Of a stretch of 64,000 nucleotides of DNA, positions 28,484 through 38,900 are shown one piece after another. The position numbers and the translations under genes are program-made. Where the stretch lies: assembly GCA_903908715.1 (NCBI GenBank), contig CAIVSY010000053.1, forward strand, positions 1,943-65,942, given 5' to 3'. The DNA comes from an uncultured bacterium (GTDB lineage: Bacteria; Verrucomicrobiota; Kiritimatiellia; CAIKKV01; CAITUY01). A model generated the notes under the pieces. It did not search any database, had not been told where the DNA came from, and was given only the letters and a program-made list of their open reading frames with translations. Numbering within the stretch: position 1 is the stretch's first letter; each line of letters begins with the position of its first letter.

Positions 28484-29274
28484 TTTGTGATCGAACGGCC
28501 ATAACCAGAATCACGGACAGGCAGCCGCTCACACGGAACCTGCGCCCATTGCCTTGCCTTGGCAAGAACCGGAGAAGACAGACAATGCATTCCAGCCTCG
28601 GGAGCATCGCCCTTGCGGAGCACCCAGAGGTTAATGACATTATCAAGGCATTTGCCTCGCATCTTGAAGTCCAAATATTTTTCGAAGAGCCTGCCCCGCC
28701 AATTCAACTTCAAGGGCTTCCGAAGCCCATAACCACAGAAACGCTCCAATTCAAACCCTGCCGCAACAGCCATCATGCAGAACAGTTCCACTATGATTGG
28801 CGTCAGGTGTCCGGTACCATGAACACTATCAAGTTGGAACCACGGCAATTCACCATGGAATAGATAGTCAATGCGGGATGCCTTATCCTGATTATTCGGT
28901 GATGTCATCACACAAACGGCTCCAGGCGAGAGAAGGCTTGCCACCTCGCGCAGGAACCTGGCCGGGCTCTCGATGTGCTCGATAACTTCCTGTGCGATCA
29001 CCATATCAAATGGGCCATGCGGAGTAATGGCCGAAACCCATTCCCTGTTCAAATCGCAGCCGATCAGCTGGTCACACTCACCCGAGAACAATTCAGGCTT
29101 GTAGTCACACGCCACCGTATAACATCCCGCCCTTTTCAATCGGGTCGCAAACTCACCTGGCCCGCAAGCCACATCCAGCACCCTGGCCTCATGCTTGCAT
29201 CCAAGGTAAGGTTCAATCACCGTCCACACCGCATCATGCAACCCTGCCAGTGACCATTCCGGAGGACATCTCAT
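28453..29274 (-). CDS. Class I SAM-dependent methyltransferase (UbiG-like fold)
   Basis: VLDVACGPG, FDMVIAQEVIEH, TSPN. Confidence 0.88.
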   Translation of the reverse strand: MRCPPEWSLAGLHDAVWTVIEPYLGCKHEARVLDVACGPGEFATRLKRAGCYTVACDYKPELFSGECDQLIGCDLNREWVSAITPHGPFDMVIAQEVIEHIESPARFLREVASLLSPGAVCVMTSPNNQDKASRIDYLFHGELPWFQLDSVHGTGHLTPIIVELFCMMAVAAGFELERFCGYGLRKPLKLNWRGRLFEKYLDFKMRGKCLDNVINLWVLRKGDAPEAGMHCLSSPVLAKARQWAQVPCERLPVRDSGYGRSITNGGDSAPPSM

Positions 29275-30431
29275 TGCTCCGCCGCTCCCGCTTCATGCCT
29301 CAAGCCCAACATAGCCGCCACTCGCTGACTACCCGCGAATTCGCGTGCGAAGGCGCACCCCACAGCCTCCTCCCCCGTTTCGCTATAGTGCACATGATCG
29401 ATGAAGCACTCCAACGTCTTCGGTACCTGAGCTTCGATATCCAACCAGGTTGCATTATTGGAAACGGAACATTGACGTTGAGCCTCCTTGAGCCGGTTCA
29501 GGCCATCCACAAAAACCCGCCAATCCACCCTGCGTCCTTTGTAGCGGTAACGTAGGATCTCCCACATGGCATAGAGTTCCTTTTCATTGATTTCAGGCTT
29601 GATCAAGGTCGCATGCCGGCCAACCACCACCGCAAATTGGTTCGTCCGGCCCAGCCCGATCAATTCCTGCAAGGCCTTGATCGACCCACTCTCGACGCCG
29701 GAGAGATCCATCAGGGTCTTGTTCGGATCCTGCCAGTATTCGCGAAGATACGCCCGGTTCCGTTCCCCACCCCGTGAGTAATGGTGCCGGTTCAACCGAT
29801 CCAGGATGATGGACTTGCACAACAATCGTTCCAGCCAGGAGGCCTTCCGGTTTTCGTAGTCGACGTATGCATCTTCCAACACCAAGTCCTCCTCGAAGTG
29901 GGACTGGAACCAACCGAAAAAATCATTATTGCCGTGGTAGACAACCACCACGTCCGGCTTCAGCGGCAAGCCCCGCTTCCTGAAGTTCCTAAGGCTCACC
30001 TCTGTCGAATAGCCGCTGGTGCCCATATTGATCACCTCGACGCGGCCCGTGCCTAGCGTTTTGTCCAGTTCCCGCTGCAGGACCTCGGGCCAGGTCCTGC
30101 CATCGGCCACAAACGCACCCTCTGTACTGGATTCTCCCAGCACAACGATCCTGATGCACCGATTTGGCTTTTCGATCGTCCTGGGATATGGACCCCTAAA
30201 GCCAAAAGCATTATACGAAACTACATGAGGAGTCGTTCCTCTCCAACTCGATATCGCACGTGAGTTAGGCACATGCACCCACGCACCAAGGTCGTTATCA
30301 TGAATCAATAGCACATCTTCAGGCGCAGCATTCACATTACGGCGGGCGAGCATTCGCACGAGAGTATCCGCAACCACAAAGAGAATGAGAAACGATGCTA
30401 CTAGAAGACATATCCTCTTCACAAAAACCAT
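29271..30431 (-). CDS. Membrane-anchored SGNH/GDSL-fold protein (possible O-acyltransferase/esterase)
   Basis: N-terminal TM segment, LGESSTEG, INMGTSGY, YHGNND, DHVH. Confidence 0.8.
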   Translation of the reverse strand: MVFVKRICLLVASFLILFVVADTLVRMLARRNVNAAPEDVLLIHDNDLGAWVHVPNSRAISSWRGTTPHVVSYNAFGFRGPYPRTIEKPNRCIRIVVLGESSTEGAFVADGRTWPEVLQRELDKTLGTGRVEVINMGTSGYSTEVSLRNFRKRGLPLKPDVVVVYHGNNDFFGWFQSHFEEDLVLEDAYVDYENRKASWLERLLCKSIILDRLNRHHYSRGGERNRAYLREYWQDPNKTLMDLSGVESGSIKALQELIGLGRTNQFAVVVGRHATLIKPEINEKELYAMWEILRYRYKGRRVDWRVFVDGLNRLKEAQRQCSVSNNATWLDIEAQVPKTLECFIDHVHYSETGEEAVGCAFAREFAGSQRVAAMLGLRHEAGAAEQ

Positions 30432-30471
30432 TGCCACCCTCTTCACTAGACATTTACTGATTACGGAGCTA

Positions 30472-31527
30472 TCAAGCGCGCCCTCGCAGACGGTCCCATC
30501 GAGCAAAACAGCGCCTTACCCCTGGACTGCCCACATATATGAGAATCCCCCATATGCTGAGAATCAGATAGCCGGTGAGAAATAATCGGAGCGTATACAG
30601 AAGGCCTACACGTCCATCAGCCCTCCAGCGCGTATTCCCTTGCGATCTCAAGACGCCACCTCCAAGGAACAGGCGCCGACTGCGCCGAGCCACAGCCTTG
30701 GCATAAGGAACTAGAACCAGTCGCGCAACATTATCTCCGCAATGTCCGCCATAGACCGCCAACCCCGGATCAAGCATATTTGAATTGAACCAGTGATAGC
30801 CTTGAAAGTGATAAAAGATGAGTGGCTCATGATTCACCATAACTGACTTATTACTTTTTCTTACTTGGTAGTTTTCGACATTCCATGGAGCAACATTGGC
30901 CCCAATGTGCCGACAGACGTGGACACCCTTAAACAGTGCAGGCCAGGAATCCAGGTACTTCTGGTCTGCAAAGCGCCCATCTTCATGTCGGTCGTAACAC
31001 CATTCGAGACAACGCGCACGCCACCAATCAGCACAGGCGTTTCCAGAGTCGTCGTTTCTGAACGAAATCCACCCCACATTGAATTTTCCGCTGTCCTCGT
31101 GCTTCGCTAATCGGTTTGGGAAACGGTGGGGGATGACAAGGATAGACTTATCACCCATTTCTTGAAACAAGGACCTCCAGGACGAAAAAAAGAACAGATC
31201 GGCATCAAGGTAAGTCAATATGCGAATCTCGCGACGGGAGGACATCAGGTAACGGCACCAACAGGAGGTGAGCGTGAAGTAGTATTCAACCTTTGATCGA
31301 GCGGTTTTCACGGAACGTAATCCTGTGTCCCATGCCTCCAACTCACCTAACCGGATGGGAATGATACCTTCGGCGTTTTCACCACTCACAACGCCATATG
31401 CCGCATCATCGAGGCACAGTACGAATAGAGCTACAGGAGTCCCAGGCTCAACTGTCACCAGGGATTCCCACATTGCAAGCCCACGCGAGGCGTAGTTTGC
31501 GTCATAATATGTGCAAAAGTGGTACAT
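30472..31527 (-). CDS. GT-A fold glycosyltransferase (GT8-like)
   Basis: FCTYYDANY, YLDADLFF (DxD), FNVG, ADQKYLD, FYHF. Confidence 0.8.
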   Translation of the reverse strand: MYHFCTYYDANYASRGLAMWESLVTVEPGTPVALFVLCLDDAAYGVVSGENAEGIIPIRLGELEAWDTGLRSVKTARSKVEYYFTLTSCWCRYLMSSRREIRILTYLDADLFFFSSWRSLFQEMGDKSILVIPHRFPNRLAKHEDSGKFNVGWISFRNDDSGNACADWWRARCLEWCYDRHEDGRFADQKYLDSWPALFKGVHVCRHIGANVAPWNVENYQVRKSNKSVMVNHEPLIFYHFQGYHWFNSNMLDPGLAVYGGHCGDNVARLVLVPYAKAVARRSRRLFLGGGVLRSQGNTRWRADGRVGLLYTLRLFLTGYLILSIWGILIYVGSPGVRRCFARWDRLRGRA

Positions 31528-31554
31528 TGTTCTTGTTCGCACTCGAAACGCCCA

Positions 31555-32712
31555 TTACAGCTGCCTCAGCACCTCGGAGGCGGCCGCACACACCCTCTCC
31601 ACTTGTGATGCATGCAATTGCGGAAACATGGGAAGGCTGACGATCTCACGAACTATCTGATCCGTATTATCCAGAGGGACGACTGAACCATAGCACCGGT
31701 AAGGGGCTTGTTGATGTGCGGCCAAGGGATAATGTATCGCCGTAGCGATCCCGCGTTCTGACATCGCACGAATAAACGCGTCACGCCGCGGCACGCGGAT
31801 CACATATTGGTGGTAAACATGTGAACATGCCTCGGGTTCAACTGGCAAGACCACACCAGTGGCCGCTAAACGTTCCGTGTAGGTATGGGCTACTGCGCGG
31901 CGTGCTTCGTTGTATTTATCAAGCGCTGGCAACTGGGCGCGCAAAATCGCCGCCTGCAACTCATCGAGTCGCGAGTTGACACCTTCGGTTTCACTGATGT
32001 AGCGCTGTTTCCATCCGTACTGTCGCAGCGCCTTAAGAGCTTCGACATGCTCCAAACAGCCAGTGACGATAGCTCCGCCATCGCCGAACGCGCACAAGTT
32101 TTTCGTAGGATAAAAACTGAACGCACCAAAATCCGCCAATGAGCCAATTTTGGAGCCTCTAAACATAGCACCGTGCGCTTGCGCACAGTCTTCGACAACT
32201 GAAATTGCGTACTGTTTGGCGATCACCAGGACAGAAGCCATATCGGCGGGACACCCATATAAGTGTACCGGAATGATGGCGCGTACATTCTTGTTGGCCT
32301 GGACAAGGCGCTTTATACAGAGGGCAAGGCTGTCAGGGTCCATCGTGTAGGTAGCAGGATCGACGTCCACAAGGGCAGGTATGCCGCCACACCGACGGAT
32401 TGCGGCAACCGTCGCAACAGCAGTTAACGACACAGTAACCACATGATCACCCATTCCGACATTACAGGCTCGAAGCGCAAGCTCAAGCGCATCGGTACCG
32501 CTCGCCACCGCCACGCAACCGGCAGCACTTTGGTACGCTGCGAATTCTCCCTCAAACCCTGAAACCTCGCGTCCAAGAATATAGGTACCGCTCGCCATAA
32601 CTCGTTTCATTGCGGCGTCAATTTCATCCCGGTTCTCAAGGTAAGCGGCCAGAGGTGCGGCCTGCGGGATTCTATCAGTAGCTGCGGTGTTCACAGATAA
32701 TGCTCCTTGCAC
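31555..32712 (-). CDS. DegT/DnrJ/EryC1/StrS PLP-dependent sugar aminotransferase
   Basis: SGTDAL, PVHLYG, EDCAQAHGA, SFYPTKNL, NSRLDELQAA. Confidence 0.95.
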   Translation of the reverse strand: MQGALSVNTAATDRIPQAAPLAAYLENRDEIDAAMKRVMASGTYILGREVSGFEGEFAAYQSAAGCVAVASGTDALELALRACNVGMGDHVVTVSLTAVATVAAIRRCGGIPALVDVDPATYTMDPDSLALCIKRLVQANKNVRAIIPVHLYGCPADMASVLVIAKQYAISVVEDCAQAHGAMFRGSKIGSLADFGAFSFYPTKNLCAFGDGGAIVTGCLEHVEALKALRQYGWKQRYISETEGVNSRLDELQAAILRAQLPALDKYNEARRAVAHTYTERLAATGVVLPVEPEACSHVYHQYVIRVPRRDAFIRAMSERGIATAIHYPLAAHQQAPYRCYGSVVPLDNTDQIVREIVSLPMFPQLHASQVERVCAAASEVLRQL

Positions 32713-33674
32713 TTCTGATAGTAGTCAAAGGTCAGCCTCAATCCCCGCTCCAGCGGAACCCGCGGCACCCAGCCGATGCAGGACCGCAGAGCTTCATCGC
32801 TCGAATAATAGTCGCCGATATCTATTTTTTTCCTGTCATCCGGGAAGTCCCTTATCTCGATCTCTCCCTCGCCATAAACACGCACCATTACTCGAGCCAA
32901 GTCCAGCAAGCTGATAATCTCACCGAACCCGCCCACATTATACACTCGTCCGCATGTTCGACTATCGCACGCGGCCATGAGCATCGCTTCGACTACATCA
33001 TCTACATACGCAAAATCACGCAACTGAGCCCCACCCCATACCTCGATCTTCTTCTTGGACATTAGCGAACGAATCCAGACGCCAAGAAACGTTTGGCGAG
33101 CATCTTTAATCCGCATGCGAGGCCCATAAGTGTTAGTAAGTCTCAGCGAGCACGTTGGGATGTTATACACGTCGTGATACAGGGTGTGGTATCCCTCCCC
33201 TGCCATCTTATTCACGCCGTTCACATCAACAGGGCGAACAGGATGCTTCTCGTCGACCGGTAAATAATCCGGACGGCCATAGATCTGTCGCGTACTGGCA
33301 AACACAATTGTCATGTCCGGATTTACGTGCCGACAGGTTTCAAGGATCGACAACTGGGCATGGCAGTTGATTTCCATATCCGTGAAAGGATCTGCCATGG
33401 AATCCATATGACTTGTCTGCCCCGCAAGGTTAAACATGACATCCTGCCCCTTCAGCAGGCATCGTAAACTGTACCTGTCTCTAACGTCGGATATATTTAG
33501 TCTAACATCACTAGGAAGGCCTTGGAGGTTTTGAAGATTTCCGCCGTATTCCGGAATAAGGCTGTCCACCAGGGTTAACTTCGCGCCCTCCTTGGCAAGC
33601 CGATGCGCCAGGTTTGACCCGATAAATCCAGCCCCCCCCGTAATAATGACCTTTTTATCGATCCAGAAACTCAT
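32691..33674 (-). CDS. NAD-dependent epimerase/dehydratase, paralog of 22870
   Basis: ITGGAGFIG, FNLAGQTSH, NTYGP; NGVNK in place of YxxxK. Confidence 0.92.
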   Translation of the reverse strand: MSFWIDKKVIITGGAGFIGSNLAHRLAKEGAKLTLVDSLIPEYGGNLQNLQGLPSDVRLNISDVRDRYSLRCLLKGQDVMFNLAGQTSHMDSMADPFTDMEINCHAQLSILETCRHVNPDMTIVFASTRQIYGRPDYLPVDEKHPVRPVDVNGVNKMAGEGYHTLYHDVYNIPTCSLRLTNTYGPRMRIKDARQTFLGVWIRSLMSKKKIEVWGGAQLRDFAYVDDVVEAMLMAACDSRTCGRVYNVGGFGEIISLLDLARVMVRVYGEGEIEIRDFPDDRKKIDIGDYYSSDEALRSCIGWVPRVPLERGLRLTFDYYQKCKEHYL

Positions 33675-34417
33675 GTCTTCACCGCTTTCTTTCGAACCAA
33701 GACTACATTATCCAGATAGAGGTCATCATTCGTCGGCAGAACTCGATACAAAAGCAACCCTGCAATATTGACGGGGAATATAAACATAAGCATGAGGATC
33801 ACATTGACAACTCTGTTGGCAACATGCAACCGCTTGTAAATATAGGCGCAGACCAGCTGGCAAATCACGCGCAGATCGGGCAAGGTCTTCTTCTGTTCGA
33901 GAATCTCAAAACCACTATCCGCAAGCAACCGCTTTAAGCCATACGATGTATAACGCATGTAGTCGTGAGGCTGTTCGTGTTCATCCCATATGAACGGTGT
34001 TGTGATTAGTAACCGGCCATTCGGCTTCAACACCCGACATATCTCGAAAAGAAGCGTGCGGGCGTCAAAGACATGTTCCAGCACCTGCGTACACAAGGCC
34101 GAATCAAAGGATTCATCCGGGAAAGGGAAACCAGCGTTTTTGTAATAGACATCAGCAGCTCCGTTCAGCCGAGCTGATTCCGTATCATATTCCATTCCAA
34201 TGTATTCTGACGCCACCACCAATTTCTGGTATGGCTTGCATCCACAGCCAATGTCAAGAAGTCGCCCCGTCAGCTCGCTTCCCTTTTGCTTTAGAACCCC
34301 ATATAGAGCCGCTCGGGCAAAATAAAAGGGATTTACCATGACCCCGAGACATCCAGGAGCAAATGCCTGTCGGTCAATAGCCCGCCACAACCTCCACACT
34401 ATACGATTCATCCACAT
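33671..34417 (-). CDS. Class I SAM-dependent methyltransferase
   Basis: LLDIGCG, FPDESFD, QVLEHV, RVLKPNG, PHDYMRYT. Confidence 0.9.
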   Translation of the reverse strand: MWMNRIVWRLWRAIDRQAFAPGCLGVMVNPFYFARAALYGVLKQKGSELTGRLLDIGCGCKPYQKLVVASEYIGMEYDTESARLNGAADVYYKNAGFPFPDESFDSALCTQVLEHVFDARTLLFEICRVLKPNGRLLITTPFIWDEHEQPHDYMRYTSYGLKRLLADSGFEILEQKKTLPDLRVICQLVCAYIYKRLHVANRVVNVILMLMFIFPVNIAGLLLYRVLPTNDDLYLDNVVLVRKKAVKT

Positions 34418-35250
34418 TACTTGGCCTGCTGAGACTTGAACAAGAACCCCCGGAATTCAGAAGGAATATTTGCCTTGTCAGGACAGATGAACTCAGTCAT
34501 CAAGCCGTAGCGTGGTGATAGACAATCGAAGAAACGTGAACGACTCAGGAACCAACATGGGTAGGAAGCCTCATAAATCCATGGAGGCACTCGCTGCACC
34601 GTCAACTGCGTCGTATCATCCAAGGTAAAACCCGTGCGATCAAAGACCAAGAAGGGTATTGACAATGTACGCATCCGCGAGAGCCACTCATATGGATGCT
34701 GTATATACGCTAAAAACGCTGAACTTAACAAGACTGTCGGTTCAGTGGAACTTACAGCCTCTTCAAACGTTGCACAGAAACGCAGGTGCCCATCCTCAAA
34801 TTCACGCTTCCCGACTATAACATACTGCGATTGCTCCACGATGCACCAGACTACATCGGGAAGTGATTTAAGAAAGATCTGATTCTGAAAGTAGGTCGAC
34901 CCGAGAGCGCCACCCACGTCGACAACATGCAACCTACCCTGTGCAGCAGATGCCGCATACATGAGGCAGGACAGGAGGGGCCAATTGTAATCCTGCTGAT
35001 GAAATACAAAGGAATCTCTTTCAAACGCCGCCTTGCCGTCACGCACTACTCGAGCGGCTGACAATGTCTTCTCAAAAATATTTGAAGATCCGTAGCCACT
35101 CGAGGACTTAACGGCACTTTCCCAGTCTAGATAGTTACCACTCCAGCCATAATTACCATCACATCCTGAGTCAAAGCCCATGCTCCAGGCATGCAGGCAT
35201 TTGGAGACAATTCGTTTCCCAAAAGAGCGACCTCTTTGCTTCAATATCAT
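34417..35250 (-). CDS. Putative methyltransferase (TIGR04325-like)
   Basis: FERDS, VVDVGGALGSTYFQN, SYPCWF. Confidence 0.8.
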   Translation of the reverse strand: MILKQRGRSFGKRIVSKCLHAWSMGFDSGCDGNYGWSGNYLDWESAVKSSSGYGSSNIFEKTLSAARVVRDGKAAFERDSFVFHQQDYNWPLLSCLMYAASAAQGRLHVVDVGGALGSTYFQNQIFLKSLPDVVWCIVEQSQYVIVGKREFEDGHLRFCATFEEAVSSTEPTVLLSSAFLAYIQHPYEWLSRMRTLSIPFLVFDRTGFTLDDTTQLTVQRVPPWIYEASYPCWFLSRSRFFDCLSPRYGLMTEFICPDKANIPSEFRGFLFKSQQAK

Positions 35251-36248
35251 CCCCCTCTCCCATATTTGCGAAGCATTTCCCGAATCATTCGCATAATCGA
35301 CCGTACGCGTTCTTCAGCTAAGAACCAAATAGTGGGACGGCTGCCGCATTCTCTTTGCCAGATGCCTTTGACATCAGGATGCTCAACGGGCCGAGGCCAT
35401 ACAGCGGGCGTGGGAGGCACTGACCGAAGTGGCGGATTCGCCCATGATTCGTCGGGGGAGTTTGTAGCGGAGTCGTCAAATCCAATATGCTCAACCATGC
35501 TCCAAGGTGGGCGCACGCATAGCCCACCTTTAATAATATGTTGATAGAGGAACCTTACAGCCCAGAGATTCCGGCTCTTCTCGAGTCCGGCCAGCGCGAC
35601 CAAATCAGCACCGTACTTATAGATATCTATTCTTTTTTGCTTACATCGCACCAGCAATTGTCGAGAGTCAATGTCCATTCCGGCCCATGCCCTGGCCCAG
35701 GTCCCCCACACCCAGCACTCTGCTCGACCGTCAAAATAAGGCATCTCCCCCACATCTGCCGGAGTGACCCGCGGGTGCGTCCAAGCTGTCACGCTCATGA
35801 CTTTACTGTCTTCACGATATCGCTCCATGGCTGCGCACATGTATCGGTACGTCCCCGGCACGCAGACCAAATCATCCTCATATACAATGACGGCTTCGTG
35901 TTTACGGAGGACTTCCCCTACTCCAATAAGAATAGATCTCCCTAGCCCGAGGTTTTCGACGCGTTCAGTGATTGCAACTTCACACCAGTCAATCCCTCGA
36001 ACCAAGGTCCGAACCTCATTAACCTTTGCCTTAGCCGCAGCATCCCGTGGGCCATCACTAAAGACGTACAACAGCGGAATGCGGTTTTCACGCAAGCATG
36101 TGAGGGTTCGGCGGGCGTGTTCCGGCCTTGCATACACAAAGAGCACCACGGGTACAGGAGGCACCGAAGACGGTTTCGTGTTCTTTTCCGTTTTCACTCC
36201 TGTTGATTGCTGCGCTTTCACTGAGCCGACACCATCCTCAACCTGCAA
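35247..36248 (-). CDS. GT-A fold glycosyltransferase
   Basis: PVVLFVYARP, VFSDG, NLGL, VIVYEDD, WVWGTW. Confidence 0.85.
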   Translation of the reverse strand: MQVEDGVGSVKAQQSTGVKTEKNTKPSSVPPVPVVLFVYARPEHARRTLTCLRENRIPLLYVFSDGPRDAAAKAKVNEVRTLVRGIDWCEVAITERVENLGLGRSILIGVGEVLRKHEAVIVYEDDLVCVPGTYRYMCAAMERYREDSKVMSVTAWTHPRVTPADVGEMPYFDGRAECWVWGTWARAWAGMDIDSRQLLVRCKQKRIDIYKYGADLVALAGLEKSRNLWAVRFLYQHIIKGGLCVRPPWSMVEHIGFDDSATNSPDESWANPPLRSVPPTPAVWPRPVEHPDVKGIWQRECGSRPTIWFLAEERVRSIMRMIREMLRKYGRGG

Positions 36249-36256
36249 TGAATCTG

Positions 36257-37384
36257 TCAGGCCCGGACGAGAACAGTCAGATCTTCATCCCGACCGCATC
36301 CCAGGAAATAGTCCGCGACAACCTCAGCATGTTTGCATATATAATCGTTCAAGATCGCGTGCAAGTAGTTCACAGGGTATTCCAAACGCACACCCATTCC
36401 CAGCGCTTCCATGCCTTTGTTGATCGCATCCTGAATACATCGATTCCTGGCATTAATCCTCGGAAACTTGCATCCCGTCACCGCCATCGCCTCTCCCCTT
36501 GGCAGGTTACAGAGCATCTCAAAAAGGCCCGTAAACGCATCCGAATCATTGGGGTCATAGCGATACTCGTGACACAGCGAAAGTCTTGTTTCCAGGCTTA
36601 GGGAGTCGACAAACCGATAAACCTGTCTATCCTCGCTTGAGATATACCGCCCCCACTTGTCACTGTTGCGGATCAGGTTCAACTTGTTGATTTCATAATG
36701 TTCCGCCATGCGCGCCCAGTTGAGAGCCCATTCAATTCCAGAATGCCGCTTCGCGTCAACTGGATGCCACACGTGATAGATCGTTACCTTCCCATTAATC
36801 CATCGGTCCGCCAGTCCGAAATGGATGAGTCGTTGGGCCAAATCCTCATCTTCACGCCCCCATACGCGATAATACTCATCGAAACCTCGCACTTGTACGA
36901 TAGCAGGCAACGGAAAGCACTGGCAGGTACCCCTGTGCGTTCTAGCCGTCGAATGCGCGATGATTTGCGCAGAAGTTAATTGCGTATAATCTGACATTCC
37001 TTTCGGCATGAGTACTGGCGCACAATGTACAATGGACTGTCCATCCTGTTCCCCAAGAAGTGCGCCAAGAAAACCCTTCGAAAAAACAATGTCTACGTCA
37101 GTGGTCAGCACCGTCGATGTTCTCGCCATCCGGATACCGATATTCAGCGCGTGACTGCGGTTCCAGGGCCAGCCGCGGGTGTCAGTGTAGATATAGCGGG
37201 CGAAGGGGTATTTCTCCACCACAGCCTTGGCAGCAGCCGCCTGTTGCGGCCAACTGCCGTAGTCCACGAAGAGCACCACGAAGTCCTTGCGCGTCTGCGC
37301 GGCCAGCGAGGCCAGACACCGGTCCACCCGTTCCGGCTCGCGGTTGCGGTAGCCGAAGATGATGGTCAATGTCGCGGCCGACAT
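36257..37384 (-). CDS. GT2 glycosyltransferase (galactosyltransferase-like C-terminal motif)
   Basis: FVDYGS, ALNIG, TDVD, GFDEYYRVWGREDED. The N-terminal extension in the track ORF is translated heptamer repeat. Confidence 0.85.
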   Translation of the reverse strand: MSAATLTIIFGYRNREPERVDRCLASLAAQTRKDFVVLFVDYGSWPQQAAAAKAVVEKYPFARYIYTDTRGWPWNRSHALNIGIRMARTSTVLTTDVDIVFSKGFLGALLGEQDGQSIVHCAPVLMPKGMSDYTQLTSAQIIAHSTARTHRGTCQCFPLPAIVQVRGFDEYYRVWGREDEDLAQRLIHFGLADRWINGKVTIYHVWHPVDAKRHSGIEWALNWARMAEHYEINKLNLIRNSDKWGRYISSEDRQVYRFVDSLSLETRLSLCHEYRYDPNDSDAFTGLFEMLCNLPRGEAMAVTGCKFPRINARNRCIQDAINKGMEALGMGVRLEYPVNYLHAILNDYICKHAEVVADYFLGCGRDEDLTVLVRA

Positions 37385-37387
37385 TGA

Positions 37388-37510
37388 AGACGTTAGACCT
37401 TGGACGTTGGACTCATGACAAGGGGAAGACTTTGGACTATAGACTTTAGACGTTGGACTCATGGGGAAGAGGAGACTGTAGACCTTGGACGTTGGACTGG
37501 GTTGTGGACT
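37388..37510. repeat. GACNNNN heptamer array (downstream arm of four-helix-bundle element 1)
   Basis: GACGTTA GACCTTG GACGTTG ... GACTTTG GACTATA GACTTTA ... GACTGTA GACCTTG GACGTTG. Confidence 0.85.
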
Positions 37511-37544
37511 TGTCATGTCTGTTGTCTGGCCATAAATTTCTCTA

Positions 37545-37973
37545 TCATCTGAGCACCATACCGCAGGAGAGCGCAAGGAAACTTGTGACACGGGCAAGCG
37601 TTCGACTGACAACACCGGCCTCCTTCTCGACTGACCGGATGAGGCCCGCCAGTATGCGCAGGGTCTCTTCAGATGCTTCCGTTAATGTTCGTTGCTGAAT
37701 TATGTCCAAGTATCCGAGTCGTCCGGCCAAATGAATGAAGTACCGCGTCTCCGATAGCGAACCTCGAGCAATGTGCAGGAAGTGAAGGTAATCCTTGAGG
37801 CTTTCCCGGGAAGATCCTTCGACAATATTTGCGGGAACGGAATAGGCAGCACGACGAAGTTGACTTGTCAGGGAATAGATTTCGTCCTTCGGAAATGATC
37901 GCGTCGCCTCGTATACCCCCACCGTTAGATCGTCCGCTTTTTTCCACGCTACTATTTTCGTATAATCACGCAT
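37545..37973 (-). CDS. Four helix bundle protein (23S IVS-protein/Avd-like), copy 1
   Basis: AWKKA, FPKDEIYSLTSQLRRAAYSVPANIVEG, FLHIARGSLSE. Confidence 0.93.
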   Translation of the reverse strand: MRDYTKIVAWKKADDLTVGVYEATRSFPKDEIYSLTSQLRRAAYSVPANIVEGSSRESLKDYLHFLHIARGSLSETRYFIHLAGRLGYLDIIQQRTLTEASEETLRILAGLIRSVEKEAGVVSRTLARVTSFLALSCGMVLR

Positions 37974-37984
37974 CTTGTTTCTTT

Positions 37985-38052
37985 GGTCTGACGACTTTGT
38001 CCATGGTCTAACGCCTATGGTCTATGGTCTAACGTCCATGGTCTATAGTCTA
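37985..38052. repeat. GTCYANN heptamer array (upstream arm of element 1), overlapping the 3' end of the acetyltransferase gene
   Basis: GTCCATG GTCTAAC GCCTATG GTCTATG GTCTAAC GTCCATG GTCTATA GTC. Confidence 0.85.
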
Positions 38053-38668
38053 ATCCCCCCTCCCCCTCCCACCCCACATCCTCCACATACCCCTTCGAAC
38101 CTTCATAAGATACCACTTTGGCCGGGATGCCTACAACGACCGCGTTGTCCGGCACATCACTCGTCACCACGGCGTTGGCTCCGATCGCCACGTTGTTCCC
38201 CACCGTCACCGCCCCGATCACCTTGGCCCCGGGGCCGATATATACATTGTCGCCGATCACCGGATAGCCCTTACGCCGCCCCCGGTTCGCTTGCCCGATC
38301 GTAACCCCCGGCGAAAGGTTGCAATTCTTGCCGATCCGGCTGTGACCGTTGACGATGATGTTTCCAAAATGCCCGATGTAGAAGCCTGGTCCGATCTGCG
38401 TCCCGTACGGGATCAGGATGCCGTACTTGAACATGCAATGCCGCAGCATGAGGCGGGCGAGGAGGTGGAGAGGAAACAGGAAGAGATTGGAGATTGGAGA
38501 TTGGGTTTTCGAATTGGGATGTGTATAGGCGCAGGTACGCATCCAGAAAATGTAGGCCCAAGCCTCGCCACAGAACAGTTCGCGGAGGAAGGCCCGGACG
38601 CCTATCCGCCCACCGGTGGCGCGGTAGAGGTCGGAGCGGACCAGGGATTTGTATTCAGTGAAGGTCAT
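38015..38668 (-). CDS. Serine O-acetyltransferase-like hexapeptide acetyltransferase (WcaB/EpsC type)
   Basis: IGPGFYIGHFG, GVTIG, IGDNVYIGPGAKV, IGANAVV, VVGIPAK. Confidence 0.92.
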   Translation of the reverse strand: MTFTEYKSLVRSDLYRATGGRIGVRAFLRELFCGEAWAYIFWMRTCAYTHPNSKTQSPISNLFLFPLHLLARLMLRHCMFKYGILIPYGTQIGPGFYIGHFGNIIVNGHSRIGKNCNLSPGVTIGQANRGRRKGYPVIGDNVYIGPGAKVIGAVTVGNNVAIGANAVVTSDVPDNAVVVGIPAKVVSYEGSKGYVEDVGWEGEGGLDYRPWTLDHRP

Positions 38669-38687
38669 GGGGGGATGCGGTATAATG

Positions 38688-38900
38688 GACTACGGACTAC
38701 GGAAGGAGGAGACTATGGACTATAGACTTTAGACGTTAGACTGAAGACCAAATGCGAAGACTTTGAACAGAAGCAAACGAATGATTCATGCTGGAGGGCG
38801 CCGCGCTGTCGGCGCCGTTCTTCCCACACCGGCGGCAACGGCGTGCCGCCCTCCAGGTGCTCTGGCACCGTTACAGTCTACGGACTATAGTCCAACGTCC
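38688..38900. repeat. Composite intergenic repeat: GAC heptamers, MITE end and TGGAG REP doublet
   Basis: Heptamers at 38688-38750; GAAGACCAAATGCGAAGACTTTGAACAGAAG; inverted REPs at 38792-38855. Confidence 0.8.

Noticed and set aside
37385-37615. N-terminal extension of the GT2 ORF
   Set aside because: Overlaps the four-helix-bundle gene and is heptamer-derived; the domain starts at 37384.
37545-37973. Diversity-generating retroelement suggested by Avd-like genes
   Set aside because: No reverse transcriptase and no TR/VR pair with adenine-specific mismatches seen in the window.
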